A model generated the notes under the pieces. It searched no databases and was not told where the DNA came from. It saw only the letters and a list, made by a program, of their open reading frames with translations. From IMG/VR virus record IMGVR_UViG_2974716774_000001, positions 1 through 61,736 of that record: a DNA stretch of 61,736 bases; one strand, 5' to 3'. A program made the position numbers and the translations under genes. Below are positions 8,557 to 18,306 of the stretch, piece by piece; position 1 is the stretch's first letter; each line of letters begins with the position of its first letter. This DNA is from Jacunavirus JC01. Its lineage: Duplodnaviria; Heunggongvirae; Uroviricota; Caudoviricetes; Casjensviridae.

Positions 8557-10072
8557 ATACCGACACCGGAAATTTAAGCTGGTCGCCTATAAGCGGATGC
8601 AGCAGCACAAATACCAGCGAGAGGCCTATGACTTCATCATGGCCACGCCTTTCTGCGGGCTCTTCATCGACATGGGTCTCGGCAAAACAATCACCTCCCT
8701 GACCGCCGCGGTTGACCTGCTGATGAATTTCGAGGTCAGCCGCGTCTTGATCATCGCGCCCCGGCGCGTTGCTCGCAAAACATGGCCGGACGAGATTCTG
8801 GCGTGGGAACACACCTGCATGTTTGAGTTTCAGGTTATTGACGGCTCGGTTAAGCAGCGTCTGGAGGCCATCAAAAACCCGTGCAGCATTCACATTGTCA
8901 GCCGTGATAACGTCGAGTGGCTAACCGAGCAGTGGCGCCAGCGATGGCCATACGACATGGTTATCATTGACGAGAGCAGCTCCTTCAAAGACCACACTAC
9001 CAAACGCTTTAAAGCAATGCGCCGCGTTCGTCCGTACATCAAACGCCTCGTTGAACTGACGGCCACACCGGCGGCAGAGACCTACGAGCATCTTTTTGCC
9101 CAGGTCTATCTGCTGGACAGCGGCGCGCGCTTCGGCAAAAGCATCACGGTCTACCGCGAGCAGTATTTCAACTACAACCGCTGGACGTTCAAATACAAAC
9201 TGCGGGAGGGCTCGGAGCAGCAGATACTGGAGAAAATCGCCGACATCTGCCTGGTCATGCGCGCCGAGGACTATCTCGATCTGAAGCAGCCGGTGTACAT
9301 CAACCGCAAGGTGAAACTCGACCGCAAGCAGTCGAAGCTGTACGCCGAGATGGCTGAGAATTTCATCGTTGAGGTTTATGGCGCCGATGAGCAGCCGGTG
9401 ATGGTCGAGGCGGAGACAGCGGCGTCGCTTTCGGCCAAACTCCTGCAGATGTCCTCCGGCGTGCTATACAACACCTATCTGGACGGCATTAACGAGAAGA
9501 CCGGAAAGCCTATCCAGAAGCGCGACATCTACGAGATCCACACGGCAAAACTTGACATGCTGGAGGAAATCATAGAAGAGTGCGCTGGAGAGAACATTCT
9601 CGTGGCGTACCACTTCCAGTCGTCGCTTGACCGCCTGAAGAAGCGCTTTCCTAAAGCGGTTCAGATGGACAAAGAAGGCGAATGTGTCACGAAGTGGAAC
9701 CAGGGCAAGATAAGCCTGCTGCTGGCGCACCCGCAATCAGCCGGGCATGGTCTGAACCTGCAGAAAGGCGGCCACATCATTGTTTACTACGACATCCCGC
9801 ACTCGCTGGAGCTGTACATGCAGTTTAACGGCAGACTGGCGCGGCAGGGTCAGACGCACGTCGTCAAGATTATCCACCTCATCGCTGAAGGCGAGAAGCA
9901 GGATAAGCGCGGCGAGTGGGTGCCCATGCCGACGGTCGACGTCGGTGTCGTCGAATCCCTCCAGGCCAAAAAGGACGGCCAGGAATGGTTACTGGAAGAA
10001 TTGCTGCGGATACGCCGCCGACGCGCCAACGCGCGCAGGAAGGCACTGGCCGCAGCCGTAGAGGACTTCTGA
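8489..10072 (+). CDS. SNF2/DEAD-like helicase
   Basis: ATP-binding GLGKT motif, DESS (DEAH-like) box, C-terminal helicase region; start ambiguous (8489 overlaps the VRR-NUC gene, alternative ATG at 8597). Confidence 0.7.
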   Translation: MGLLSYGSTALKKLKAGLISYAEYRHRKFKLVAYKRMQQHKYQREAYDFIMATPFCGLFIDMGLGKTITSLTAAVDLLMNFEVSRVLIIAPRRVARKTWPDEILAWEHTCMFEFQVIDGSVKQRLEAIKNPCSIHIVSRDNVEWLTEQWRQRWPYDMVIIDESSSFKDHTTKRFKAMRRVRPYIKRLVELTATPAAETYEHLFAQVYLLDSGARFGKSITVYREQYFNYNRWTFKYKLREGSEQQILEKIADICLVMRAEDYLDLKQPVYINRKVKLDRKQSKLYAEMAENFIVEVYGADEQPVMVEAETAASLSAKLLQMSSGVLYNTYLDGINEKTGKPIQKRDIYEIHTAKLDMLEEIIEECAGENILVAYHFQSSLDRLKKRFPKAVQMDKEGECVTKWNQGKISLLLAHPQSAGHGLNLQKGGHIIVYYDIPHSLELYMQFNGRLARQGQTHVVKIIHLIAEGEKQDKRGEWVPMPTVDVGVVESLQAKKDGQEWLLEELLRIRRRRANARRKALAAAVEDF

Positions 10073-10073
10073 G

Positions 10074-10667
10074 ATGGTGGCGAAAAACAAAAATGCACCG
10101 ATGGCGCTAAGGGCGCGCCGGTCTAACCAGAACGACTCTGAAACCGAGTCGATGATATTCCAGGGCGCGAACATCACGCAGCTCGGGAAACTGTTTCGCA
10201 TGGATCGCCGCGACATCACGCCGAAAATAATGGACGTGGCGCCGTGTGGCGAGCGCGGCGGATACCCCATCTACTACGTCCATGAAGTCGCGCCGCACCT
10301 GGTGAAGCCGATATACGACGTCGAGACCTACCTCAAGCGAATGCACCCGAACGATCTGCCAAAACATCTGACGAAAGAGTTTTGGGGCGGGATGCGCGCC
10401 AAGCAGGAGTACGACAAGGAAGCGGGCAACCTGTGGGAGACGGATAAAGTCATCGCGATAATGAGCGAAGTTTTCAAAGTCCTGCGAATGTCTATCCTGC
10501 TGGCCGGTGACACCGTGGAGCGCGAAATCGCTTTCACCGCTGAACAACGCGAGAAGCTTCGCGTTATTCTCGACGGCGCGCTGCAGGAATGCGCTAACGG
10601 CCTGGTAAACCGCTTCGGCCCTGAGGCTGAGAAAGAGCAGGAGCAGGACGATGACGACGAAATATAA
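10074..10667 (+). CDS. Terminase small subunit (Nu1-like, putative)
   Basis: 197-aa ORF immediately upstream of and overlapping the large terminase; N-terminal region resembles the lambda Nu1 winged-HTH; acidic C-terminus QDDDDEI. Confidence 0.5.
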   Translation: MVAKNKNAPMALRARRSNQNDSETESMIFQGANITQLGKLFRMDRRDITPKIMDVAPCGERGGYPIYYVHEVAPHLVKPIYDVETYLKRMHPNDLPKHLTKEFWGGMRAKQEYDKEAGNLWETDKVIAIMSEVFKVLRMSILLAGDTVEREIAFTAEQREKLRVILDGALQECANGLVNRFGPEAEKEQEQDDDDEI

Positions 10668-12723
10668 AAACCTCGCTGCGATAGTAGCAGACCTGGCGGA
10701 GCAGCTGCGGCCGCCGGAGCGTCTCACCGTTGCCGCTGCCGCCGAGAAATATCGTTTCGTCAACCAGCCGGGTGCCTACATCGGGCCGTGGCTTAATGAG
10801 ACCGCGCCGTACATGGTCGAGCCGATGAACGTCTTCGCCAGCCGCGAGTATAACCGCATGGCGTTCGTCGGCCCGGCGCAGTGCGGCAAAACGGACTCCC
10901 TCATCATTAACGGCGTGGCCTATTCGGTGAAAGTCGACCCGCTGGACACGATGGTTTTCTGCCCCACCAGCAACGCGGCGCGCGACTTCTCGATGCGCCG
11001 TATCGACCGTCTCCACATGCACAGCCCCGAGATCGGGATGATGCTGCGCAAAAGCCGCGACGCCGACAACAAATTCGACAAGCACTATGTAAACGGCATG
11101 ATGCTGACGCTCAGCTTCCCGTCGAAAACGGAGATGGCAGGCCGCCCGGTAGGCCGCATCATCATGACCGACTTCGACCGTATGCCGATGGACGTGGATG
11201 GCGACGGCAACCCGTTTGACCTGGCGTCAAAGCGTACGACGACGTTTAACTCATTCGCCATGTGCTGCGCGGAGTCCTCGCCTTCCCTGCCGCTGACCGA
11301 CCCAAACTGGATAGCCAAAGGCGAGCATGAAGCGCCGCCCTGCGAGGGCATTTTCGCGCTCTACAACCGAGGCGACCGTCGACGCTGGCAGTGGCCATGC
11401 CTGCACTGCTGGACGTGGTTCGAGGGCAAATTCGAACACCTGCAGTGGGATACTCGCGAAGGCCTGTCCAACGCCGAGCGCGGCGAAACCGTACGCATGG
11501 TCTGCCCGCACTGCGGCGTGGAGATCCACCCTGACGAACGTCACGAGATGCAGCAGTGGGGGATGTGGGTGCCGGAAGGATGCCGTGTCAACGAGAAGGG
11601 TCAGCTCACGGGTAAGCGCCCTCGCACGCAGTTCGCGTCTTTCTGGCTGCGCGGCACGGCGGCGGCATTCGCTCAGTGGCGCAGCCTCGTCACCACCTAC
11701 CTCGACGCGCTGGATGAATATGACCGCACGATGTCCGAAGAGGCGCTGAAGAAATTCTGGAACAACGACATGGGCGAAGTCTACCGCCCGAAAAGCCAGG
11801 AGTCTCTGCGCGTACCGGAGGCACTCAAAGCCCGGGCCGAGAAGCTGCCGGAGCAGATGGTACCGAATGGCGTGCGTTTCCTCGTGGCGACCGTCGACGT
11901 CCAGCAGAACCGTTTTGAGGTTATGGTGTCCGGAATAATGCCCGGCCAGCCTTTTGACGTTGTGCCGATTGACCGCTTTAAGATCGCCAAGTCCGAGCGA
12001 CTGGACGTGGACGGCGAGCGCCTGCCCATTAACAGCTCAGCCTACCTTGAGGACTGGCGCCTGCTGGAAGAACGGGTCATCAACGCGTCCTACCCGCTGG
12101 CTGATGGCTCCGGTCGTCGGATGCGCGTCAAGATAACGGGCTGTGACTCCGGCGGTAAAGCCGGTACCACCGACAAGGCGTACGACTTCTGGCGTGAGCA
12201 GCGTGACAAAGGCAACGCTGGCCGATTCATTCTGCTGAAAGGTGAGCCAAACGCTTCGGCGCCGCGTACTCGCGTGGGCTTCCCGGACAGCCAGCGCAAA
12301 GATAATAAATCCGCAGCACGCGGCGATATTCCCGTGTTGTTCATAAACTCTAACATGATGAAGGACAGTCTTAACGGACGACTGGACGTCATGGAGCCCG
12401 GGAAGGGCATGATTCACCTGGCGACGTGGATGCCGGATGCGTTCTTCTCGGAGCTGTGCGCCGAGGTCAGAACGGACAAGGGATGGCAAAACCCGAAAAA
12501 CCTGCGAAACGAAGCGTGGGATTTGCTGTATTATCAGCTCGCTCTCTGCGCTTCGCCCAAGCTGCTGGCTGTCGAGATGATGGACTGGGAGAACCCTGTC
12601 GGCTGGGCGGAAGAGTGGGATAAAAACGACCTCGTATCGCAGCCAGATGAAGGCGAGCGCTTCCAGATGAAGGCGAGCGAGGATAAGATAGATTTCGGCA
12701 AATTCGCCGAGGCGCTTGCGTGA
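10651..12723 (+). CDS. Terminase large subunit (lambda gpA family)
   Basis: 690-aa ORF; Walker A GPAQCGKT; size and organisation as lambda gpA; followed by gpW-like and portal genes. Confidence 0.85.
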   Translation: MTTKYKNLAAIVADLAEQLRPPERLTVAAAAEKYRFVNQPGAYIGPWLNETAPYMVEPMNVFASREYNRMAFVGPAQCGKTDSLIINGVAYSVKVDPLDTMVFCPTSNAARDFSMRRIDRLHMHSPEIGMMLRKSRDADNKFDKHYVNGMMLTLSFPSKTEMAGRPVGRIIMTDFDRMPMDVDGDGNPFDLASKRTTTFNSFAMCCAESSPSLPLTDPNWIAKGEHEAPPCEGIFALYNRGDRRRWQWPCLHCWTWFEGKFEHLQWDTREGLSNAERGETVRMVCPHCGVEIHPDERHEMQQWGMWVPEGCRVNEKGQLTGKRPRTQFASFWLRGTAAAFAQWRSLVTTYLDALDEYDRTMSEEALKKFWNNDMGEVYRPKSQESLRVPEALKARAEKLPEQMVPNGVRFLVATVDVQQNRFEVMVSGIMPGQPFDVVPIDRFKIAKSERLDVDGERLPINSSAYLEDWRLLEERVINASYPLADGSGRRMRVKITGCDSGGKAGTTDKAYDFWREQRDKGNAGRFILLKGEPNASAPRTRVGFPDSQRKDNKSAARGDIPVLFINSNMMKDSLNGRLDVMEPGKGMIHLATWMPDAFFSELCAEVRTDKGWQNPKNLRNEAWDLLYYQLALCASPKLLAVEMMDWENPVGWAEEWDKNDLVSQPDEGERFQMKASEDKIDFGKFAEALA

Positions 12724-12730
12724 GGCAATT

Positions 12731-12985
12731 ATGATCGACACTACAGACCTTAAACTCAAACTGAAAGAGGCGGAGCAGGCCTATCATGACCTCATGACCG
12801 GCGGCTCTGTTCGCGTCTATGTTGACCAGAATGCTGAGCGCATCGAGTACACGGCGGGTAACAAGCAGAACCTGCTGAACTACATCATGCAGCTGCGGGC
12901 AATGATTTGCCGCATTGACCCGACCGACCCGGTATGCTTTATCGGTCTCGGCATCGCGCGCGGCCCGGTAGGAGTCATTTTCTGA
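12731..12985 (+). CDS. Head-tail joining protein, lambda gpW-like
   Basis: Short ORF with AYHDLMTGGSVRV matching the gpW core pattern (AALHDLMTGKRV); RBS GAGG upstream of the ATG at 12731. Confidence 0.6.
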   Translation: MIDTTDLKLKLKEAEQAYHDLMTGGSVRVYVDQNAERIEYTAGNKQNLLNYIMQLRAMICRIDPTDPVCFIGLGIARGPVGVIF

Positions 12986-14637
12986 TGAGCAAGAAAAACA
13001 GCAGCGGAGCCAACCTCGCCGTTATCGATCACCTGAGCGCCATCGCGGCGCCAAAGCAGTCGATGATTGGTGGCGGGCTGGAAGGGGCGAGCCGCACACA
13101 GCGAGAAACGATGAGCTGGAACCCGGCGATAATCTCGCCAGACCAGCAAATCCAGCTGGGCAACAAAGACCTGGCTGATGCCCGTGCGCGCGACATGATT
13201 CAAAACGATGGCTACTCCATCGGCACAATGGCCATTCACCGCGACAGCATCGTCGGCGCGCAGTACCGTCTGAATGCTAAGCCTAACTGGCGGGTGCTGG
13301 GCGTCAACGAAGCGTGGGCGCGCGAGTGGCAGCGAGAGGTAGAGGCGCGGTTTAACCTCGTGGCGGATTCGCCGGAGAACTACTTCGACGCCGCGGGCAT
13401 CAACACGCTGACCGGCATGATTCGTCTGGCCATCAGCAGCGTTTTGATGACCGGAGAGGTCGTGGCTACGGCAGAGTGGCTGCGCCAGGCCAACCGGCCT
13501 TTCAGCACTGCCATCCAGATGATCTCCCCGACCCGCCTGTCTAACCCAGACGGCATGATGGACAACCGCTTCCTGCGCTCCGGCGTTCGTCAGGACATGT
13601 ACGGTCGCCCCATCAGCTACTTCATCAAGAAAACTTTCCCGGGCGCCGAGTATGGCGCGGATGACTGGAAATGGATCGAGGTGCCTGCAACGAAGCCGTG
13701 GGGCCGACGTCAGGTCATCCATATCTACGAGCAGCTGCAGCCAGACCAGTCTCGCGGTGTCAGCGACATGGTGTCGGTGCTCAAGCAAATGCGCATGACC
13801 AAAAACTTCCAGGAGATCGTCCTGCAGAACGCCGTCGTAAACGCGTCGTACGCAGCGGCCATTGAGTCGGAGCTGCCGTCCGAAGTCGTTTTCAGTCAGA
13901 TGGGTCTGGGCCAGAACGGCTTCAAAGAAATGCTTGGCGGCTACATGGGCTCGCTGATGGAGTACATCGCGAGAACCAAAAACATCGCGATAGACGGCGT
14001 TAAGATCCCGCACCTCTTCCCGGGAACGCGCCTGAAGATGCAGCCAATGGGCACCCCTGGCGGCGTGGGCACTGACTATGAAGAGTCACTGCTGCGCAAC
14101 ATCGCCGCTGGCCTCGGGCTTTCGTACGAACAGTTCAGCCGCGACTACACCAAAACCAACTACTCCAGTGCGCGCGCCTCGATGGGCGAGACCTGGAAAT
14201 TCATGAACAGCCGCAAAAAGATGGTGGCTGACCGTTTCGCGAGTCACATCTACTCCCTGTGGCTGGAAGAGGAAATTGCGGCGGGCAATGTTCCGCTGCC
14301 GCCGGGCAAGACGCGCGACTGGTTTTACGCTCCGCTCGTCAAAGACGCGCTGTGCAAAGCCGAGTGGATTGGCGCGAGCCGCGGTCAAATCGACGAGAAG
14401 AAAGAAACCGAAGCTGCTATCCTGCGAATCAAGAACGGGCTGTCGACGTACGAGATTGAAATCGCAAGACTGGGCGGCGACTGGCGAGAAGTGTTTGACC
14501 AGCGCGCCGAAGAAGAGGGTATTATCAGAGAGAAGAAACTTAATTTCTCTGGTCAGCCCGTGCAGGAAGATACTGCGGAAAACGGCAGCGCCGAAGAGAA
14601 GACTACCGCAGAAACCGAGGATGCTACCAATGAGTAA
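12985..14637 (+). CDS. Portal protein (lambda gpB-like)
   Basis: About 550 aa from the ATG overlapping the gpW stop (ATGA); position between gpW and gpC-like genes. Confidence 0.75.
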   Translation: MSKKNSSGANLAVIDHLSAIAAPKQSMIGGGLEGASRTQRETMSWNPAIISPDQQIQLGNKDLADARARDMIQNDGYSIGTMAIHRDSIVGAQYRLNAKPNWRVLGVNEAWAREWQREVEARFNLVADSPENYFDAAGINTLTGMIRLAISSVLMTGEVVATAEWLRQANRPFSTAIQMISPTRLSNPDGMMDNRFLRSGVRQDMYGRPISYFIKKTFPGAEYGADDWKWIEVPATKPWGRRQVIHIYEQLQPDQSRGVSDMVSVLKQMRMTKNFQEIVLQNAVVNASYAAAIESELPSEVVFSQMGLGQNGFKEMLGGYMGSLMEYIARTKNIAIDGVKIPHLFPGTRLKMQPMGTPGGVGTDYEESLLRNIAAGLGLSYEQFSRDYTKTNYSSARASMGETWKFMNSRKKMVADRFASHIYSLWLEEEIAAGNVPLPPGKTRDWFYAPLVKDALCKAEWIGASRGQIDEKKETEAAILRIKNGLSTYEIEIARLGGDWREVFDQRAEEEGIIREKKLNFSGQPVQEDTAENGSAEEKTTAETEDATNE

Positions 14638-15994
14638 AATGGCAACGCAGGCTTTCAAACAGGCGCTGGCCCGTATGCAGCTTCAGCCCATGATGATTGA
14701 GCCGAGCGCAGTTCCGCAAATCGCCGCGTACGCTCAGGCCATGATGGCGGGTGGCGAGCTGCCGGAGGACATGACCGAAGAGCTGCTCAACATGAAGTTT
14801 GACGAGCTGTGCCAGACCTACGGCTACAGCAGCTCAACCCGTGGTAAAAACTTCGCGTTTGCCGACGGCACCGCGATCATTCCGGTGCATGGCTCGCTGA
14901 TTAACCGCTACGGCGGGTATTATTACGGCGACGTCACCGGGTATAACTTCATCCGTCGGCAGCGCGCTGAAGCGATGGCTGACCCGGACGTGGAGCGAAT
15001 TATCTATGACGTTAACAGTAACGGCGGCGAAGCTGCAGGATGCTTTGAACTGTCGGATGAATCGTTTGAAATGCGAGGACAAAAACCGACGCTGGCCGTG
15101 GTCGACTCCAACTGCTATTCGGCGGCGTACGCATTTGCGAGCAGCGCGGATAAAATTTCCGTGACGCCTTCGGGCGGAGCGGGTAGTATCGGCGTCATCT
15201 CGATGCACACGGACATCTCAAAGCTCCTGTCGGATTATGGTGTTAAGATTACACTTATCACCGCCGGGGAGCATAAGGCTGATGGCAACCCGTTTGAGCA
15301 GCTGTCACCGGAAGTGAAGGCGAACATTCAGGCGAGCGTAGACGCAACCCGCGATAAGTTCGTCGCACTGGTGGCGCGAAATCGTGGGATAGACGAGAAG
15401 GCAGTACGTGACACGGAAGCGCGCTGCTTTAACGCCAGTGATGCGCTGGCGCTGAATCTAATTGACGCGGTAGAGACGCCGACACAGGCCATCTCCGCGT
15501 TTATTAACGGGCCATCCGGCTCAACCACTGAGGACGATTCAATGACCAAAGAACAAACCACCAAGCCGGATGGCGCTAATGCGCAGGCACCAGACCCGGC
15601 AAAAATGGAACGCGAACGCATCGCGGGCATTATGAACTGCGAAGCGGCAAAGGGTAAAAGCACTCTCGCTTCTCACCTGGCTTTCAGCACCACGATGAGC
15701 GTGGATGAGGCCAGCGCGATTCTGTCCGCTGCCGCGCCTGAAGCTTCAGCAGCTGCACCGGCAGCGCCAGCTGCACCGGCAGCGCCATCCGCTCCGACTG
15801 CTGCAGCTCCGGGAGCACAGGCAAACGTTCCGGTTGTACCGGCCGCACCGGCTGCACAGACCAACTTCTTCGCTCAGGCCATGAACGCGTCACAGCATCC
15901 GCAAGTCGGCGCGGATGCTCCGGCTGACGGCAAAGGCGAAGAAGTGGACGAGCTGATGGCCAGCTTCACCCTGGCCACTGGCGAAAAGTTTTAA
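14630..15994 (+). CDS. Head maturation protease / scaffold (lambda gpC-like, S49 peptidase family)
   Basis: About 454 aa; ClpP/S49-like core (IIPVHGSLI...YDVNSNGGEA...); Ala/Pro-rich C-terminal region; start overlaps the portal stop. Confidence 0.65.
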   Translation: MSKMATQAFKQALARMQLQPMMIEPSAVPQIAAYAQAMMAGGELPEDMTEELLNMKFDELCQTYGYSSSTRGKNFAFADGTAIIPVHGSLINRYGGYYYGDVTGYNFIRRQRAEAMADPDVERIIYDVNSNGGEAAGCFELSDESFEMRGQKPTLAVVDSNCYSAAYAFASSADKISVTPSGGAGSIGVISMHTDISKLLSDYGVKITLITAGEHKADGNPFEQLSPEVKANIQASVDATRDKFVALVARNRGIDEKAVRDTEARCFNASDALALNLIDAVETPTQAISAFINGPSGSTTEDDSMTKEQTTKPDGANAQAPDPAKMERERIAGIMNCEAAKGKSTLASHLAFSTTMSVDEASAILSAAAPEASAAAPAAPAAPAAPSAPTAAAPGAQANVPVVPAAPAAQTNFFAQAMNASQHPQVGADAPADGKGEEVDELMASFTLATGEKF

Positions 15995-16009
15995 CACGGG
16001 AGCCCGAAA

Positions 16010-16405
16010 ATGCTTATGACTCTGATGGCATCTCTGCCAAACCTGCTCGCAGGTAATTTTGACCTGGGCTCCTGGGAGCCTACCCAGATTCATTCTGGTG
16101 AAGCGGATATCGTGACCGACGGCGAACCTGTCGGCGTGGCGTTCGCGAAATATCAGGTTATCGCTCGTGCTAACGCAGGCGCTAACGCTGGTAAACTCGT
16201 ACCGTGGGATCCGGCGGGCAGTGACGGCGCAGAACTGGCGATCGGCATTGCTAACGAAGCTGGCGTTCCGGGCACTTACGCTCCGTACTACTGCGGTGGG
16301 GTTTTCAACCCTGACGCGATTGTGTGGCCTGCGAGTGTCACCTCCGTTGCGGCCCGCAAAGCAGCATTTGCGCGCACCAACATCCAGATCACCACGCTGT
16401 ACTAA
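16010..16405 (+). CDS. Head decoration protein (lambda gpD-like)
   Basis: 131-aa ORF immediately upstream of the major capsid gene; similar in size and composition to gpD. Confidence 0.55.
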   Translation: MLMTLMASLPNLLAGNFDLGSWEPTQIHSGEADIVTDGEPVGVAFAKYQVIARANAGANAGKLVPWDPAGSDGAELAIGIANEAGVPGTYAPYYCGGVFNPDAIVWPASVTSVAARKAAFARTNIQITTLY

Positions 16406-16416
16406 GGAGACACAGA

Positions 16417-17478
16417 ATGGCTGGACTTTATGATACTTACCGCCTCCTCGCGACGCAGCGTAAGTTTAAACAACTCCCGACGTTCTTCCTGAACTGGTTT
16501 ACCTCTCAGGTTAACTTTCCGGAAGACAAAATTGCCTTCGACAAAGTGTCCACTGACCTGACCCGCATCGCGCCGTTCGTCGCGCCGACTGCGCAGGGTA
16601 AAGTGATCCGCGAAGAAGGCCACACCATGACGGCGTTTAAACCGGCGTACGTTAAGCCGAAACACGTCATCGATCCTAACATGATTATCCCGCGCCAACC
16701 GGGCGAAGCGCTGGCCACCGGCTCGCTGACCATCGATCAGCGTCGTCAGGCGGTCATCGCTTTCCTCCTGCGTAAGCATCGTGCCATGCACGAGAATACC
16801 TGGGAGTGGATGGCGGCGCAGGCGCTGCTGTATGGCTACGTCGACGTCGAAGGTGAGAACTACCCGAAAACCCGCGTGGACTTCGGCCGCGATCCGGCGC
16901 TGACTGGTACGGTTAACTGGGCTGCCGCAGGTTACACCTTCGAGCAGGCGATGGAAGACCTGTACATGATGCGCCGCCTGGCCAACGACAAGTCTGTCAG
17001 CGCAGCTGTGACCGTTGACCACGTTTTCGGTGGCGACGCATGGGCGCAGTTCGCGAAGATCGGCAAGGAAGCGCTGTTCGGCCGCAACGGCCTGATGGAC
17101 ACCACCGTCGGCGGCTCTGAAACGCGCATCACCCGTCTGTGGGATGGCTTCGAAGGTGTCGAATACATGGGCACCATCGCTGGCCTGAACGGCGGCGGTA
17201 AGATTAACGTCTGGGTGAACACGCAGAAATTCCGCGATGAGAAGAACGAGTCGCAGTACCTGATGCCTCAGGATTCTGTGCTCGGCGTTTCTCAGTCAGT
17301 GGACGGCGTTCGCTGCTTCGGCGCGGTACTGGACAAGGCAGCTGGCTATCAGGCTCTCGAATACTTCCCGAAAATGTGGGAGAACGAAGACCCGAGCGTC
17401 GAGTACCTGATGACCCAGGGCGCACCGCTGATGGTTCCGCGTGATCCGAACGCGACCTATCTGCTTAAAGTGCTCTAA
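16417..17478 (+). CDS. Major capsid protein (lambda gpE family)
   Basis: 353 aa from the ATG at 16417 with RBS AAGGAGA; gene order W-B-C-D-E as in lambda. Confidence 0.8.
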   Translation: MAGLYDTYRLLATQRKFKQLPTFFLNWFTSQVNFPEDKIAFDKVSTDLTRIAPFVAPTAQGKVIREEGHTMTAFKPAYVKPKHVIDPNMIIPRQPGEALATGSLTIDQRRQAVIAFLLRKHRAMHENTWEWMAAQALLYGYVDVEGENYPKTRVDFGRDPALTGTVNWAAAGYTFEQAMEDLYMMRRLANDKSVSAAVTVDHVFGGDAWAQFAKIGKEALFGRNGLMDTTVGGSETRITRLWDGFEGVEYMGTIAGLNGGGKINVWVNTQKFRDEKNESQYLMPQDSVLGVSQSVDGVRCFGAVLDKAAGYQALEYFPKMWENEDPSVEYLMTQGAPLMVPRDPNATYLLKVL

Positions 17479-17494
17479 TCGGCACTAATGAACG

Positions 17495-17514
17495 GCCCGG
17501 TTCGCCGGGCGTTT
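17495..17514 (+). terminator. Possible intrinsic terminator after the capsid gene
   Basis: Hairpin GCCCGG-TTCG-CCGGGC followed by a weak T-rich tract GTTTAAAACTTTT. Confidence 0.35.
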
Positions 17515-17537
17515 AAAACTTTTCAGGAGAGAAGGCC

Positions 17538-17942
17538 ATGCCTCAACGTAAAGTAGTCCAGACTGTAGTCCTGCTCCGCGATGGCGAGCGCATTGTGCCG
17601 CCGGTCGGCAAGCCGTTCAACTTCACCGCGGAAGAGCTGAAGCGTATCGAAGAAGTGAATCCGGACGCAGTGGCGAAGATTGTCGACCCGGGCACCGATG
17701 AAGGTAAACTGGTGACGCTGACCCAAGCTGAGATTGATCAGCAGAAGCAGCAGGCGATCGATGATGCCATTGCTAAATTCAAAAAAGAGCAGGGTATCAA
17801 AGATGATGCTGAAAACACCGATGGCGGCGCTGACAAAAACGCTGCTGGCACCACTGCCAGCAAAACGCAGCAGTCCGGCAAAACGCAGCAGTCCGGCAAA
17901 AACGACAAGTCAGCTGCTGATGCAGCGGGCGATGACATCTAA
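17538..17942 (+). CDS. Hypothetical head-associated protein (position of lambda FI)
   Basis: 134-aa ORF with RBS AGGAGAGAAGG; contains an in-frame 18-bp tandem duplication (KTQQSG KTQQSG). Confidence 0.5.
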   Translation: MPQRKVVQTVVLLRDGERIVPPVGKPFNFTAEELKRIEEVNPDAVAKIVDPGTDEGKLVTLTQAEIDQQKQQAIDDAIAKFKKEQGIKDDAENTDGGADKNAAGTTASKTQQSGKTQQSGKNDKSAADAAGDDI

Positions 17943-17944
17943 AA

Positions 17945-18304
17945 ATGTCAAGAATTGCTGAGGTGAAAGCCAAAGCGCGGAGGGCCGTACATTCGGCCTT
18001 CCGTCTTGACGCGACCTATCAGGATGCGTCTCTCGATGCCGCCGTACCTGTCACGGTTCGGTGGCATAACCGTATCGTGATCCAGGGAGATTACGACTCC
18101 AGCGGTTATGCGAACATTATCGACGGCATCGAAAGAATCATCTTCAACCGCGAAGAGCTGGACGCGCTGGGCATCGACCCGCGCAGTGGAGGCGTACTGG
18201 TCATCACTGAGCCCGGCTTTGACAACGCAGTGTTGTATCTCGACGCCCGCGAGCCTATGGTCGGGCCGATAGAAGAGAAATGGTGGGTTAAGCGGAGTTC
18301 CTGA
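17945..18304 (+). CDS. Head-tail connector protein (gpFII-like, putative)
   Basis: 119-aa ORF; C-terminal ...EEKWWVKR resembles the FII ...ENFWVDR pattern; position after the capsid genes. Confidence 0.4.
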   Translation: MSRIAEVKAKARRAVHSAFRLDATYQDASLDAAVPVTVRWHNRIVIQGDYDSSGYANIIDGIERIIFNREELDALGIDPRSGGVLVITEPGFDNAVLYLDAREPMVGPIEEKWWVKRSS

Positions 18305-18306
18305 TT

